Source: SAR86 cluster bacterium
Lineage (GTDB): Bacteria > Pseudomonadota > Gammaproteobacteria > Magnimaribacterales > TMED112
Assembly: GCA_003331605.1 (NCBI GenBank)
Contig: QOPD01000003.1
Span: forward strand, 11,716 to 75,715
Length of the DNA stretch: 64,000 bases
Direction: 5' to 3'
Shown one piece after another: positions 1-9,191 of the stretch (its first letter is position 1; the number at the start of each line of letters is the position of its first letter). A program made the translations under genes and the position numbers. Under the pieces are notes generated by a model, which worked only from the letters and a program-made list of their open reading frames with translations, did no database searches and was not told the origin of the DNA.

Positions 1-252
1 GCACCAAGACGAAAAACCACACATATGAATAGGCATAGCATCCCACCAGTCAAACCCTCGTTCAGTAATTTTGAAAACAGGATTGGTTGTTTCATGGATC
101 AGAATGATCATGGCGAGTAAGTATCTAAAATAAACCTTGATTTTCTCCGAAGCATTTCTGAAAGCAAAGGGCAGGTAAATCGCAGCACTTATAAAAAAAA
201 CTACATTCAATAAGTGCCAAGGATCTAGTAAGGAAAAGGGTTCGGGCGTCAT
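1..252 (-). CDS. TIGR02206/YwaF (TMEM164-like) membrane protein, runs off the window (only the 5' part is present)
   Basis: Not in the ORF track. My translation from the ATG at 252 (ATGA overlap with the GMC stop) is MTPEPFSLLDPWHLLNVVFF...FDWWDAMPIHMCGFSSWC. It is open to the window edge and shares the EPF start and PxHMC motif with 1931-2632. Confidence 0.85.
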   Translation of the reverse strand, partial: MTPEPFSLLDPWHLLNVVFFISAAIYLPFAFRNASEKIKVYFRYLLAMIILIHETTNPVFKITERGFDWWDAMPIHMCGFSSWC

Positions 253-1931
253 TTTAATTCCTGTTTGATCATATCAGATGCCTTCTCAGCTATCATTATT
301 GTAGGCGCATTTGTATTGCCACCAACAAGAGTTGGCATAATTGATGCATCTACTACTCTAAGATTCTTTACTCCTTTGACACAAAGCTTGTCATCCACTA
401 CTGACATTTCATCATGCCCCATTTTGCAGGTGCCCACAGGATGATAAATTGTATCCGCTCTTGTTCGAATAGCTGATTCGATGGCTTTATCATCATTAAT
501 ATTTATTGGATATCTGATGTTTTGGTATTGCGCCAAAGGTTCGGAATTCATAATTTCCATCATTATCTTATAGCCTTTTACCATCGTATCAATATCTTCT
601 CGATTGGACAGATAGTTTGGATCAATCAATGGATCGTCATTTGGATTCTTCGATCCAATTTTTACAGTTCCGATAGATTTTGGTCTCAGCAAGCACATGT
701 GACAGCTGAAACCATTGCCCCATACCTCAGCTCGACCATGATCTTCAACCATTCCAACAACAAAGTGAAGCTGAATATCGGGTATTTCTAGGTTTTTCTC
801 AGTTTTTAGAAAAGCTCCTCCTTCTGCGAGAGGAGAAGTAAACATGCCAGAGTTATTTAAAAAGAGTTTGAGCAATTCTAATGGGGCTCTGAGAGTAAAC
901 TTTCCAGACCTAAAAGGTGCTCCCATTAAATCCCAACTATCTACTCGATGTGAGGTTATATAATCCAAGTGATCTTGCAGGTTTTCTCCAACACCTTTTA
1001 GATCAACAACACAATCAATGTCTTTTGAATTTAGATAGCTTTGATCACCAATACCTGAGCGAAGCAGTATAGTTGGTGAGCCGTATGCTCCACCACTTAA
1101 GATAATTTCTTTATTGGCATTTACCTCAAATGATGATCCTTTCTTTATGCAGGAAACCGAATGTGCAACCAAGTTTTCGAAATTTACTTTATCAACTGTT
1201 GTTTCTGTCAGGATTGAAAGATTTTTTCTTTTTCTTGCTTCGGTCAAAAAAGCAACTGCCGCACTACATCTTCTTCCATTTTTTTGAGTAACTTGATAAA
1301 TTCCTACACCTTCCTGCTCCTCACCATTAAAGTCATTATTTTCTTTATATAGTTTGGAGCCTGCTTCAACAAAAGATCTAGTGAAGGGATTGTCATGTCG
1401 AAGTCCGGCAACGTTCAATGGACCGTTTTGTCCATGCAAATCGTTAGTGAAAATCTCATTATTTTCAGACTTTTTAAAATATGGTAAGACATCGTTATAG
1501 CTCCATCCATGGTTGCCAAGGCTAGACCAATGATCGTAATCCCATTTATGACCACGAACGTAAAGCATGCCGTTTATAGAGCTCGACCCACCAAGTGTTT
1601 TTCCTCGTGGTTGGAATCCTTTTCTGTGTTCTTGAATATTTTGGGGCATTTGGTAGGTTCCACCCAAGTTATCACTGACTCTCGCCGAACCTTCTTTTAT
1701 GGTTACGGTTGAAAATTCTTTTTGAGGCACTGTATCGTACTGATAAGCATATTCCGATTCTTCCCCTTCATTGACAAGAAAAGCATACATAGCAGGGATA
1801 TGGATTAATGGCGATTTGTCAGGAGGCCCAGTTTCAATTAAGCACACAGAAACATCAGGGTTTTCAGTTAGCCTGCTAGCCAATACACAACCAGCTGAAC
1901 CACCACCAACAATTACGTAATCGTAATTCAT
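249..1931 (-). CDS. GMC-family FAD oxidoreductase (choline dehydrogenase/AlkJ-like)
   Basis: GGGSAG FAD motif, PRGKTLGGSSSING, catalytic YHPVGT and GNTNAP. Confidence 0.93.
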   Translation of the reverse strand: MNYDYVIVGGGSAGCVLASRLTENPDVSVCLIETGPPDKSPLIHIPAMYAFLVNEGEESEYAYQYDTVPQKEFSTVTIKEGSARVSDNLGGTYQMPQNIQEHRKGFQPRGKTLGGSSSINGMLYVRGHKWDYDHWSSLGNHGWSYNDVLPYFKKSENNEIFTNDLHGQNGPLNVAGLRHDNPFTRSFVEAGSKLYKENNDFNGEEQEGVGIYQVTQKNGRRCSAAVAFLTEARKRKNLSILTETTVDKVNFENLVAHSVSCIKKGSSFEVNANKEIILSGGAYGSPTILLRSGIGDQSYLNSKDIDCVVDLKGVGENLQDHLDYITSHRVDSWDLMGAPFRSGKFTLRAPLELLKLFLNNSGMFTSPLAEGGAFLKTEKNLEIPDIQLHFVVGMVEDHGRAEVWGNGFSCHMCLLRPKSIGTVKIGSKNPNDDPLIDPNYLSNREDIDTMVKGYKIMMEIMNSEPLAQYQNIRYPININDDKAIESAIRTRADTIYHPVGTCKMGHDEMSVVDDKLCVKGVKNLRVVDASIMPTLVGGNTNAPTIMIAEKASDMIKQELK

Positions 1932-2632
1932 TAAGCCTTTTTAAATTTATCCCAAAACAGAAATGGCAGATAAGTTATGAAAAAAACTATTAGAGCCAGT
2001 GGTGCGACACCTAGCATATGAAACGGTGGGTCTGGCATTAAATCCATTACAGATTCACCATCTGGTCTTTCCATCAAGTACCAATAATTTGCTTCACCGC
2101 CAATTAGAAAATTTATGCCATACATAGGAATCAGTAAAAAAATTGTAATTACTGCCATTTTAAGAAAATTTTCAAGTTGTGGCCGATATTTCAAAACAGC
2201 TAAGGCAAAAAATATTCCCAGCAATATTTGGTTATGACCATAAAAGAACATGAAGTACTCAATATCGGGCCATGCATAATCAAGGTCTGGTGTGAGAATG
2301 GCCATAGTAGCACCTCCTATTCCCCAATAGAAAGGAAGCTCAAAAAACATTTGATTTCTATCTTTGCTTAGTAAAAAAATACCAATTAGAACTGCACTAA
2401 AGTTGCACATATGAAGAGGTAGGTACTCTTCCCATGGTTTATCAAATCCGAAAATATAAATGAATGGTTTGGTTGCTTCAAAAACTAATAGTGAAAGTCC
2501 AATTGCTTTGGTTAATAAAGATTGTGAGCTGTTATTAGAAAAATTTGCAGCGACACAAATCGCGATAATTATTATCGTTGACCATATCAAAGTTTGCGTG
2601 TGCTGATCTCCAAAAAGTACAAATGGTTCCAT
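1931..2632 (-). CDS. TIGR02206/YwaF (TMEM164-like) integral membrane protein
   Basis: Multi-TM protein with LPLHMC, LTPDL, FFYGH and NYWYL motifs. Confidence 0.8.
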   Translation of the reverse strand: MEPFVLFGDQHTQTLIWSTIIIIAICVAANFSNNSSQSLLTKAIGLSLLVFEATKPFIYIFGFDKPWEEYLPLHMCNFSAVLIGIFLLSKDRNQMFFELPFYWGIGGATMAILTPDLDYAWPDIEYFMFFYGHNQILLGIFFALAVLKYRPQLENFLKMAVITIFLLIPMYGINFLIGGEANYWYLMERPDGESVMDLMPDPPFHMLGVAPLALIVFFITYLPFLFWDKFKKA

Positions 2633-2714
2633 ATACTCTCCCTTGTATTTACTAATCTAAATAATACAACTTGAGCTGCTAGAAGCAAAATATTATTCAG
2701 AAGCAGAGTATGAT

Positions 2715-3320
2715 TTAAGGATACTTAATTGAACAACCGTATGGCCTTGTTTTCTTATTTGTAATTTCTTTATTATCAGCAATGCTATTTATTGCTAAAC
2801 GTACATAATTTTTGGCCAAAGAAAGATCGGTGCTAAATAATGCTCCGGTCATTCCTAGATCGTCAATTGCACCATCGTATCTCAAGACCTCATTTTTATC
2901 GATGATATACATATGAGGAGTTGTTTTTGCATCATATTTTTTTCCTACCACTCCCTCTGTATCAAACAGTACATGTGTTGGAGAAGCATTTCTATTAGTA
3001 GTAAGCTTTATTGATTCTTGATTGGTTACATACCCCTGTTTATTCGGTGCTGAAGAGATAATGGAGAGCCATATAACATCATCTGCGGTATATTCTTTTT
3101 GCAATGATTGCATATTTTCTGTTTCATAATGTCTTTTTACAAAAGGGCATTCATGATTTGTCCACTCTAGAATGACGGTTTTACCAGAAAAATCACTCAA
3201 TGAAATCAATTCACCATATTCATTCTTTAACGTAAATCCTGGTGCAGTGTTATCAATCTTTGCAGAACTAAATAGTACTAAATTTAGTAAAAAAACGAAT
3301 AAAATCTTAAATTTCATCAA
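2715..3320 (-). CDS. Exported redoxin (AhpC/TSA-like thioredoxin fold)
   Basis: Signal peptide, APGFTL, LEWTNHECPFV, C-terminal YGCSIKY. Confidence 0.85.
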   Translation of the reverse strand: MMKFKILFVFLLNLVLFSSAKIDNTAPGFTLKNEYGELISLSDFSGKTVILEWTNHECPFVKRHYETENMQSLQKEYTADDVIWLSIISSAPNKQGYVTNQESIKLTTNRNASPTHVLFDTEGVVGKKYDAKTTPHMYIIDKNEVLRYDGAIDDLGMTGALFSTDLSLAKNYVRLAINSIADNKEITNKKTRPYGCSIKYP

Positions 3321-5241
3321 TCATCCTTAGCAAGTAACTCTCGGTTAATACTTCATTTAAAAGTATAGGCTCATTTAGCTTTGCGTGCCATAAGACATAG
3401 GTAGGTACGCCTGATCTCTGATATTTTTGTAGTTCTTTAAATATGGACTCATCTCTGTTTGTCCAATCAGCTTTTAAGTAAGTAATTCCCTTGATCTTAA
3501 ATTTTTCTTCAACTGTATTTGTGAAAGCAATCGCTTCATTGACTTGGCAAGTTATGCACCACGCAGCAGTAAAGTTTATGAAATATGGGCTGTCTGATAA
3601 TCTTAATTCTTGTTCGTATTCAGTTTTCCATGTGTTTACAGAGTCTGTCTGCAATTCTTTTTTTTCTAGATTCCAATCAAAGATTGTTAAATATCCAGTA
3701 ACAAGTAGAAAAACCACCCCAAACTTGAAAGCTATGTTGATTGTTTGAGATATGATCCAAATAATTAATCCACCAACAAACCATGCAATAAGCACAACGA
3801 TAAGAGAGTCAGCGCTAATTTGTAAAGATAGTACCCACAATAACCAAAGAGCTGCACCAATCATCATCAAACCGAACAATTGTTTAAGTTGCTCCATCCA
3901 AATGCCTGGTTTTGGTAAGAACCTAATCAAATCAGGCTTTATAGCAAATAGAAAGTATGGAGCAGCAAAGCCTATTGCCAGCGAGAAGAAAATGCTTAAA
4001 GAAATAATATCAGGTTGGACTAATGCAAAGCCCAAGGCTGCTCCCATGAAAGGTGCTGTACATGGAGATGCCACGATCACCGAAAGCGCCCCAGTAAAAA
4101 ACGACCCCACTAATCCTTGGGAGTTATTTTTATTCTCAAGCTTTGAAAGCGTTGATCCCAGAGAAATATTTCCAAGCAGTATCAGCCCAACTAAAAAAAT
4201 TAAAATGCTTAACGAGGAAACAACTATTGGTGATTGTAATTGGTAACCCCATCCAATTAATTCACCAGAATTTTTTAACACCAACAGCGTTACGGCAATA
4301 CCCATAAAAGTTAGCACTACACCCAGTACGTAAACCAAGGCATTAATAGCCACAGATGTATTGGATTCTTCTGCGCTTTTAACAAGTGAGAATGCTTTTA
4401 GTGCCACTACTGGCAATACGCAGGGCATCAAATTGAGGATCAAGCCACCTATAAAGGCGAAAACTATAGCCATAATGAGGTTTAACTGATTGGCTGAATA
4501 ATTTTCTGCAAAGGGTACGTCAATAGTATAGTAGTTTGCCCCAGCTTTAAGAATCCCTTGAGCAGGACCTGTAAAATCAGGGTACAGTTCAACATTCAAG
4601 GTATTATCTATTTGTAACTGAGAGCTTGAAAAATCAAATTCTTTGTCACTGATTGGGAAATAGTAGCTCTCTTCATCAATGTCGTTAAAAGAGAATGCAA
4701 GTTTTTGCTGCTCTTTTTTGATTTCTAAATCTGGTGGAGCCCTTAAAGGCAATCTTCCTAACCATCTCGATAACAAGCTAGAATTCTGTGTGACATTTAA
4801 AAACTGATTTTTTAAAAGCAAGACCAGTTCTGTCTGCTCAGGAATGCATATTTCATCGCAGACTAAAAACCTTGTTTTAATTGTAATTTCTTTATCTTCA
4901 AGATCCTTTAGGTCAATTGTAAAAGGGAAGACCACTTCATCCGTATAACCATAGGTCATTAAAGGTGGGTATGGAATTTTTTCTGGGCCAGGCCAAGAAA
5001 TGTCAGAGATATTGAAGGCATTTCCCTCTGTAAAAATAAATTCAACTGGACCCCCTGAATCACCAGGGTTAATCCAGTATGTGTGCCAGCCTGGAGTTAG
5101 TTTGAATCTATAGCCAAGCTGAACTTCACCTGGTGTTTCTATGTAATTATTGAAACCAATAATAGAAATTTCAGCATTATCGGTTCTAGCAACCTCAGCA
5201 TGAATTGCTAAGTTTAAAAGTATTGCCCAAAAAATTCTCAT
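3307..5241 (-). CDS. dsbD: Protein-disulfide reductase DsbD family
   Basis: WHTYWxNPGDSG and CDEIC, TM domain NLMPCV/SPCTAP, C-terminal WCITC. Start moved to the ATG at 5241 because the upstream TTG lies at the edge of a hairpin. Confidence 0.88.
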   Translation of the reverse strand: MRIFWAILLNLAIHAEVARTDNAEISIIGFNNYIETPGEVQLGYRFKLTPGWHTYWINPGDSGGPVEFIFTEGNAFNISDISWPGPEKIPYPPLMTYGYTDEVVFPFTIDLKDLEDKEITIKTRFLVCDEICIPEQTELVLLLKNQFLNVTQNSSLLSRWLGRLPLRAPPDLEIKKEQQKLAFSFNDIDEESYYFPISDKEFDFSSSQLQIDNTLNVELYPDFTGPAQGILKAGANYYTIDVPFAENYSANQLNLIMAIVFAFIGGLILNLMPCVLPVVALKAFSLVKSAEESNTSVAINALVYVLGVVLTFMGIAVTLLVLKNSGELIGWGYQLQSPIVVSSLSILIFLVGLILLGNISLGSTLSKLENKNNSQGLVGSFFTGALSVIVASPCTAPFMGAALGFALVQPDIISLSIFFSLAIGFAAPYFLFAIKPDLIRFLPKPGIWMEQLKQLFGLMMIGAALWLLWVLSLQISADSLIVVLIAWFVGGLIIWIISQTINIAFKFGVVFLLVTGYLTIFDWNLEKKELQTDSVNTWKTEYEQELRLSDSPYFINFTAAWCITCQVNEAIAFTNTVEEKFKIKGITYLKADWTNRDESIFKELQKYQRSGVPTYVLWHAKLNEPILLNEVLTESYLLRMIDEI

Positions 5242-5248
5242 AATGAAA

Positions 5249-5266
5249 GGGCGACTTTCGTCGCCC
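5249..5266 (-). terminator. Hairpin after ibpA (probable terminator/stabiliser)
   Basis: GGGCGAC-tttc-GTCGCCC perfect 7-bp stem with only a short U tract on the minus strand. Confidence 0.6.
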
Positions 5267-5273
5267 AAAGATA

Positions 5274-5690
5274 TTATTCTATATCAATTACTCGAGGTTT
5301 TTTATGATCAGGAAGAACCTTCTCTAAATCGATTGTTAGCAATCCATTTTTTGAGGCTGCTCCTATTACCTCAAGATCTTCTGCTAAAGTAAACTTTAGC
5401 TTAAAGGATCTTTTGGCTATTCCTCTGTGCACTGTTTCGGTATTGGAATTTGTTTCCTCACCATTGTTGTGCGTGATTGTTAAGATGCCATCGCATAATT
5501 CGATATCAACATCTTTTTTATCAATTCCAGCAAGAGCAATCTCTATCTGAAATTTTAATCCATCCTTATAAATATTATAAGGTGGGTATGAGGACTGAGA
5601 CTCATTTGAAATTCGTTCCAGCCTATCTACGAGAGTTTCAAAACCTAATACACGGTTTGAAAACATAGGATCAGTAAAATTTATTAACAT
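5274..5690 (-). CDS. ibpA: Small heat-shock protein Hsp20 (IbpA-like)
   Basis: YPPYNI, HRGIAKRSF, NGLLTIDL. The ATG at 5690 is preceded by AAGGAGG. Confidence 0.92.
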   Translation of the reverse strand: MLINFTDPMFSNRVLGFETLVDRLERISNESQSSYPPYNIYKDGLKFQIEIALAGIDKKDVDIELCDGILTITHNNGEETNSNTETVHRGIAKRSFKLKFTLAEDLEVIGAASKNGLLTIDLEKVLPDHKKPRVIDIE

Positions 5691-5747
5691 AATGTCCTCC
5701 TTAAAGCGACAAGTTAAAAACGTTGACCTCACCTGAGCATCAACGTT
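5688..5747 (-). promoter_or_regulatory. ROSE-like RNA thermometer in the ibpA 5' UTR
   Basis: Upstream 8-bp hairpin AACGUUGA/UCAACGUU, then UGUCGCU pairing with AGGACA around a bulged G (ROSE U(U/C)GCU signature). Confidence 0.7.
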
Positions 5748-5796
5748 AGTAAATCTATTGATATTTCATTTATTTTCAATATTTTTTGTAAATTAT

Positions 5797-5847
5797 GTTA
5801 AGTTTAAGTTACATTTATGCTATATATAGATAAGTAAACGTTACATT
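5797..5847 (+). promoter_or_regulatory. Two imperfect 19-bp direct repeats, putative operator of the XRE regulator
   Basis: GTTAAGTTTAAGTTACATT (5797) and GATAAGTAAACGTTACATT (5829) match at 15/19 positions and are 32 bp apart. Confidence 0.45.
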
Positions 5848-6105
5848 ATGAGCAAACCGAACAATCACAAATTCTTTGTAAATTTTTTAGCTAGACATAG
5901 AAGATTAGCAGGGCTAACCCAAGCTGAGCTTGCAAAAGCAGTGCTTGTATCACGTAAGAGCATTAATTCAATTGAAAATGGAATCTATATTCCTTCGACA
6001 TATCTTGCATTAAAAATAGCTATGGTATTAAATTGTGCCGTAGAGGATATTTTTAAGATACACGATGGAACTTTTCCTCTATTAACATTATCTAAAGAAA
6101 CATGA
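5848..6105 (+). CDS. XRE/Cro-family HTH transcriptional regulator
   Basis: LTQAELA..VSRKSINSIENG.Y.PS..LALKIA HTH_3 pattern. Confidence 0.9.
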   Translation: MSKPNNHKFFVNFLARHRRLAGLTQAELAKAVLVSRKSINSIENGIYIPSTYLALKIAMVLNCAVEDIFKIHDGTFPLLTLSKET

Positions 6106-6596
6106 AGAAACTAAATTCAATAATCTCAATCCTCGTAATTTTATCTTTTGTAGGCTGTGCTACTGGAGGTTTTCAAGCTGATGTTGTTGCTCGAGATGCA
6201 GCAGGCAAGTCCCAGTATGTTCAAACCGGAGTTGTTACTCAGGTTAGGTCAGTCGTAATAGAAGGAGACAGAGATGTAGGAGCAACCTCAGGTACAGTTT
6301 TGGGTGCAATAGTTGGATCTGGGGCAGCGGGCAGAGCAGCTGGCGGTGATGGAGAAACTTCTGAGCAAATTGGTGCAATAGTTGGCGGTCTTGTAGGTTC
6401 TGTAGTTGGCTCCGAGGTTGGCGAATCAATTTCCAGAAAAAAAGGCGTGGAAATAATCATAAAATTAGACAGCAATAATAGAGAGGTAGCTATTGTTCAA
6501 GAAGCCTCTGAGGATGAAGCTCAAGAAGTAATAGCTGGCGATAAAGTAAGAATAATCAGATCCGCTGGTAGATCAAGAGTTGTACCTTATAATTAG
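6102..6596 (+). CDS. slyB: Glycine-zipper outer-membrane lipoprotein (SlyB-like)
   Basis: Lipobox FVGC followed by GxxxG zipper helices. Confidence 0.75.
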   Translation: MKKLNSIISILVILSFVGCATGGFQADVVARDAAGKSQYVQTGVVTQVRSVVIEGDRDVGATSGTVLGAIVGSGAAGRAAGGDGETSEQIGAIVGGLVGSVVGSEVGESISRKKGVEIIIKLDSNNREVAIVQEASEDEAQEVIAGDKVRIIRSAGRSRVVPYN

Positions 6597-6599
6597 TGG

Positions 6600-7034
6600 G
6601 TGCCCGAAACTAGTTTAAGAAATAAAGCTTTAGATTTCCTTGGCAGAAGAGAACACTCTGTCAAAGAATTAAGGAATAAGATATCAAAATACTCTGATAA
6701 CTCAGAAGAGGTTGAAGAAGTCATATCTGAGCTTATTAAAAATAATCTTCTTTCAGATGAAAGGTACGCTCAAGCTTTAATTCAGCAAAAGTACCAAAGC
6801 GGCTACGGGCCAAATCATATTGAAATGTATCTTCGAGAGAAGGGCATAGAACATGAATTATTTAATTTGCATAGCGATGAATTCGACTGGGTTGAGTCAT
6901 GCAAAGATTTAGCGAAAAAAAAATTAAGATCAAAACTGCTTGAGGGCAAAGAAAAAGAAAAGATTTTAAGATTTTTGTCCTACAGGGGATTCAACTATGA
7001 AATAATAAAATCTGCTCTCAATGATTTAGATTAA
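6600..7034 (+). CDS. recX: Regulatory protein RecX
   Basis: LGRREHSxxEL, LSDERYA, RFLSYRGF. Confidence 0.9.
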   Translation: MPETSLRNKALDFLGRREHSVKELRNKISKYSDNSEEVEEVISELIKNNLLSDERYAQALIQQKYQSGYGPNHIEMYLREKGIEHELFNLHSDEFDWVESCKDLAKKKLRSKLLEGKEKEKILRFLSYRGFNYEIIKSALNDLD

Positions 7035-8599
7035 TGGCATTAGCAAATAAATATAGACCTAAAAGTTTTTCAGAAGTAATTGGTCAAGAGACCACAGTAA
7101 ATGCACTAAGAAACATAATTAAGAATAAAAATTTCCATAATGGCTATATTTTTTCTGGAACTAGAGGGGTTGGGAAAACTACTCTTGGTAGGCTATTTGC
7201 AAAAGCACTAAATTGCACAAATTACGATAGCGAAAAAGGTGAAACCTGCAATGTTTGTAGCGTCTGTGAAGAGATCAACTCAAACTCTCATTTAGATTTG
7301 ATCGAAATAGATGCTGCTTCAAGAACAGGTGTTGACGACATGCGAGACTTATTAGAGTCAGTGCAGTATCGACCATCTAGTGGTAAATTTAAGATATATT
7401 TAATTGACGAAGTGCATATGTTGTCGATTCAAAGCTTTAATGCTTTGCTAAAAACTCTTGAAGAGCCACCTGCCCATGTAGTTTTTATTTTAGCAACTAC
7501 CGAGGCACATAAAATTCCAAAAACAATAGTATCAAGATGTCTGCAATTTAATTTAAAGTTGGTCTCAGATGAATTGATTTCTCAAAATTTAAAAAGAATA
7601 TTTGAATCAGAAGGCATTAGTTCAGATGACAAGTCTGTCGATCTTTTGGTTGAATTAGCAAAAGGATCGGTAAGAGATTCATTGACGATGGCTGACCAGG
7701 CTGCTTCACATTGCGACAATAAGTTATCAGAAAATGAAGTTTCAAAATTACATGGGGTCCTAAATATATCTTCCACTACAAAGTTAATTGAAATGATTCT
7801 TTTGAATGAATCAGCTGAAGTAGTGAATGAACTTAAAAGATACTCAGAGCTTGATGTGAATTATGAGATTTTATTTGATAGAGCTTTAAAGCTTTTTCAT
7901 GACAAGATCATGGAATCCGTTGTGAACAAAGATTCTAAAGCAGATGAGTTGAACCTTTTTTATCAATTTTTCTGCAATGGGCTTGTTGATGCAAAGCAAA
8001 CAAGCAGTTTTAGAGATTGCTTTGATATTGCTGCCCTTAGATGTCTGACATTTAACTCAAATGACGAAAGCGAAGTAAAAAAAAAGCATGAAAATGCAAC
8101 GAACTTAATTGAACTAGAGTCTGAACCTGAAGTAACCCAATCTCAACACGAACACGATGATATTGAGTTAAAAGAGGTAAAAGAACCTCCAAAAAATTTA
8201 CAAAAGTTGGTATCCAGCAACTGGCTAAATATATTTGATGGACTAGATTTAAGAGGAGCCTCCAGAGCATTTTTTGCAAATATGCAATTAGACAATGTTG
8301 ATGGGTCCAAGTTAACTTTTAAAGGTTCAGAAACTTTTGTAAGTGGGATTAACGAAAGCAATATTAACGATTTAGTTGAGGCATTGCATAAAGCAGGATA
8401 TCCAAAATATGACATTGCAATTATTGAAACAAAAGAGGCACAGGTTACACCCTCTTCCAAGTGGCAAGAAGCTAGAAATAAAGAATTGGATGATTTTAAA
8501 GAAGAAATATTAAGAAGTGATTTGGTGCAAAACTTAAATAATAAATATGGTGCAAACATAAATAGAGAAAACTTATCAATTAAAGACCATGAAGAGTGA
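7034..8599 (+). CDS. dnaX: DNA polymerase III subunit gamma/tau
   Basis: KYRP, GTRGVGKT, four-Cys Zn motif, IDEVHML, SRC. Confidence 0.97.
   Translation: MALANKYRPKSFSEVIGQETTVNALRNIIKNKNFHNGYIFSGTRGVGKTTLGRLFAKALNCTNYDSEKGETCNVCSVCEEINSNSHLDLIEIDAASRTGVDDMRDLLESVQYRPSSGKFKIYLIDEVHMLSIQSFNALLKTLEEPPAHVVFILATTEAHKIPKTIVSRCLQFNLKLVSDELISQNLKRIFESEGISSDDKSVDLLVELAKGSVRDSLTMADQAASHCDNKLSENEVSKLHGVLNISSTTKLIEMILLNESAEVVNELKRYSELDVNYEILFDRALKLFHDKIMESVVNKDSKADELNLFYQFFCNGLVDAKQTSSFRDCFDIAALRCLTFNSNDESEVKKKHENATNLIELESEPEVTQSQHEHDDIELKEVKEPPKNLQKLVSSNWLNIFDGLDLRGASRAFFANMQLDNVDGSKLTFKGSETFVSGINESNINDLVEALHKAGYPKYDIAIIETKEAQVTPSSKWQEARNKELDDFKEEILRSDLVQNLNNKYGANINRENLSIKDHEE
8077..8091 (+). other. 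Putative dnaX recoding (frameshift/slippage) site
   Basis: A9G run containing in-frame A AAA AAG; TGA in the -1 frame at 8089-8091. Confidence 0.65.
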
Positions 8600-9191
8600 A
8601 GAGGGCTTATTGTTTGAACTAATTTCTGCATTTAAAGTTTTACCTGGTGTAGGTGAAAAGACTGCGCAAAGAATGGCGTTTCACCTTTTAGAAAAGAACA
8701 GAGAAGGTGCAAAAAAATTAGCAGTAACAATATCTAGAGCTATTGTGGATATACACAATTGTGTGATTTGTAGAGATCTTACCGAAAATAGAGTCTGCAG
8801 AATTTGCTCGAGCAATAAAAGAGACCAAGAAGCTATTTGTGTGGTAGAAAATCCAAGTGATGTGATAGCAATTGAAAAATCTGGCAGCTATCAAGGCAGG
8901 TATTTTGTTTTGATGGGTAGATTGTCGCCTATTGATGGCATTGGTCCAGATCAACTTGGTATACCTAAGCTTTTAGAAACTATTGCGAGTAGTAAAATAA
9001 AGGAAATCATTTTAGCTACTAGCCCGACTGTTGAAGGAGATGCCACCTCTTTTTACATCAAGGATAATGTCCAAGATCATGAAATTACTGTTACTAGGAT
9101 AGCGTACGGAGTTCCAATGGGAGGAGAATTGGAGTATGTTGATAACACAACTTTGGGAAGAGCAATTTCTGGAAGAAGAGAAATAGAATAA
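8589..9191 (+). CDS. recR: Recombination protein RecR
   Basis: LPGVGxKTAQR HhH, C4 zinc finger, Toprim [11 protein letters not shown]. Confidence 0.97.
   Translation: MKSEEGLLFELISAFKVLPGVGEKTAQRMAFHLLEKNREGAKKLAVTISRAIVDIHNCVICRDLTENRVCRICSSNKRDQEAICVVENPSDVIAIEKSGSYQGRYFVLMGRLSPIDGIGPDQLGIPKLLETIASSKIKEIILATSPTVEGDATSFYIKDNVQDHEITVTRIAYGVPMGGELEYVDNTTLGRAISGRREIE

Noticed and set aside
25-120. Short + strand ORF MNRHSIPP...
   Set aside because: Antisense shadow of the TIGR02206-like gene on the minus strand
5750-5782. Possible sigma32 promoter for ibpA (TTGAAA on the minus strand)
   Set aside because: No convincing CCCCAT -10 element; TTGAAA is common in AT-rich DNA
8143-8631. 162-aa antisense ORF and many similar 60-165 aa ORFs inside known genes
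   Set aside because: Fully overlap well-supported genes, have no motifs and are typical shadow ORFs
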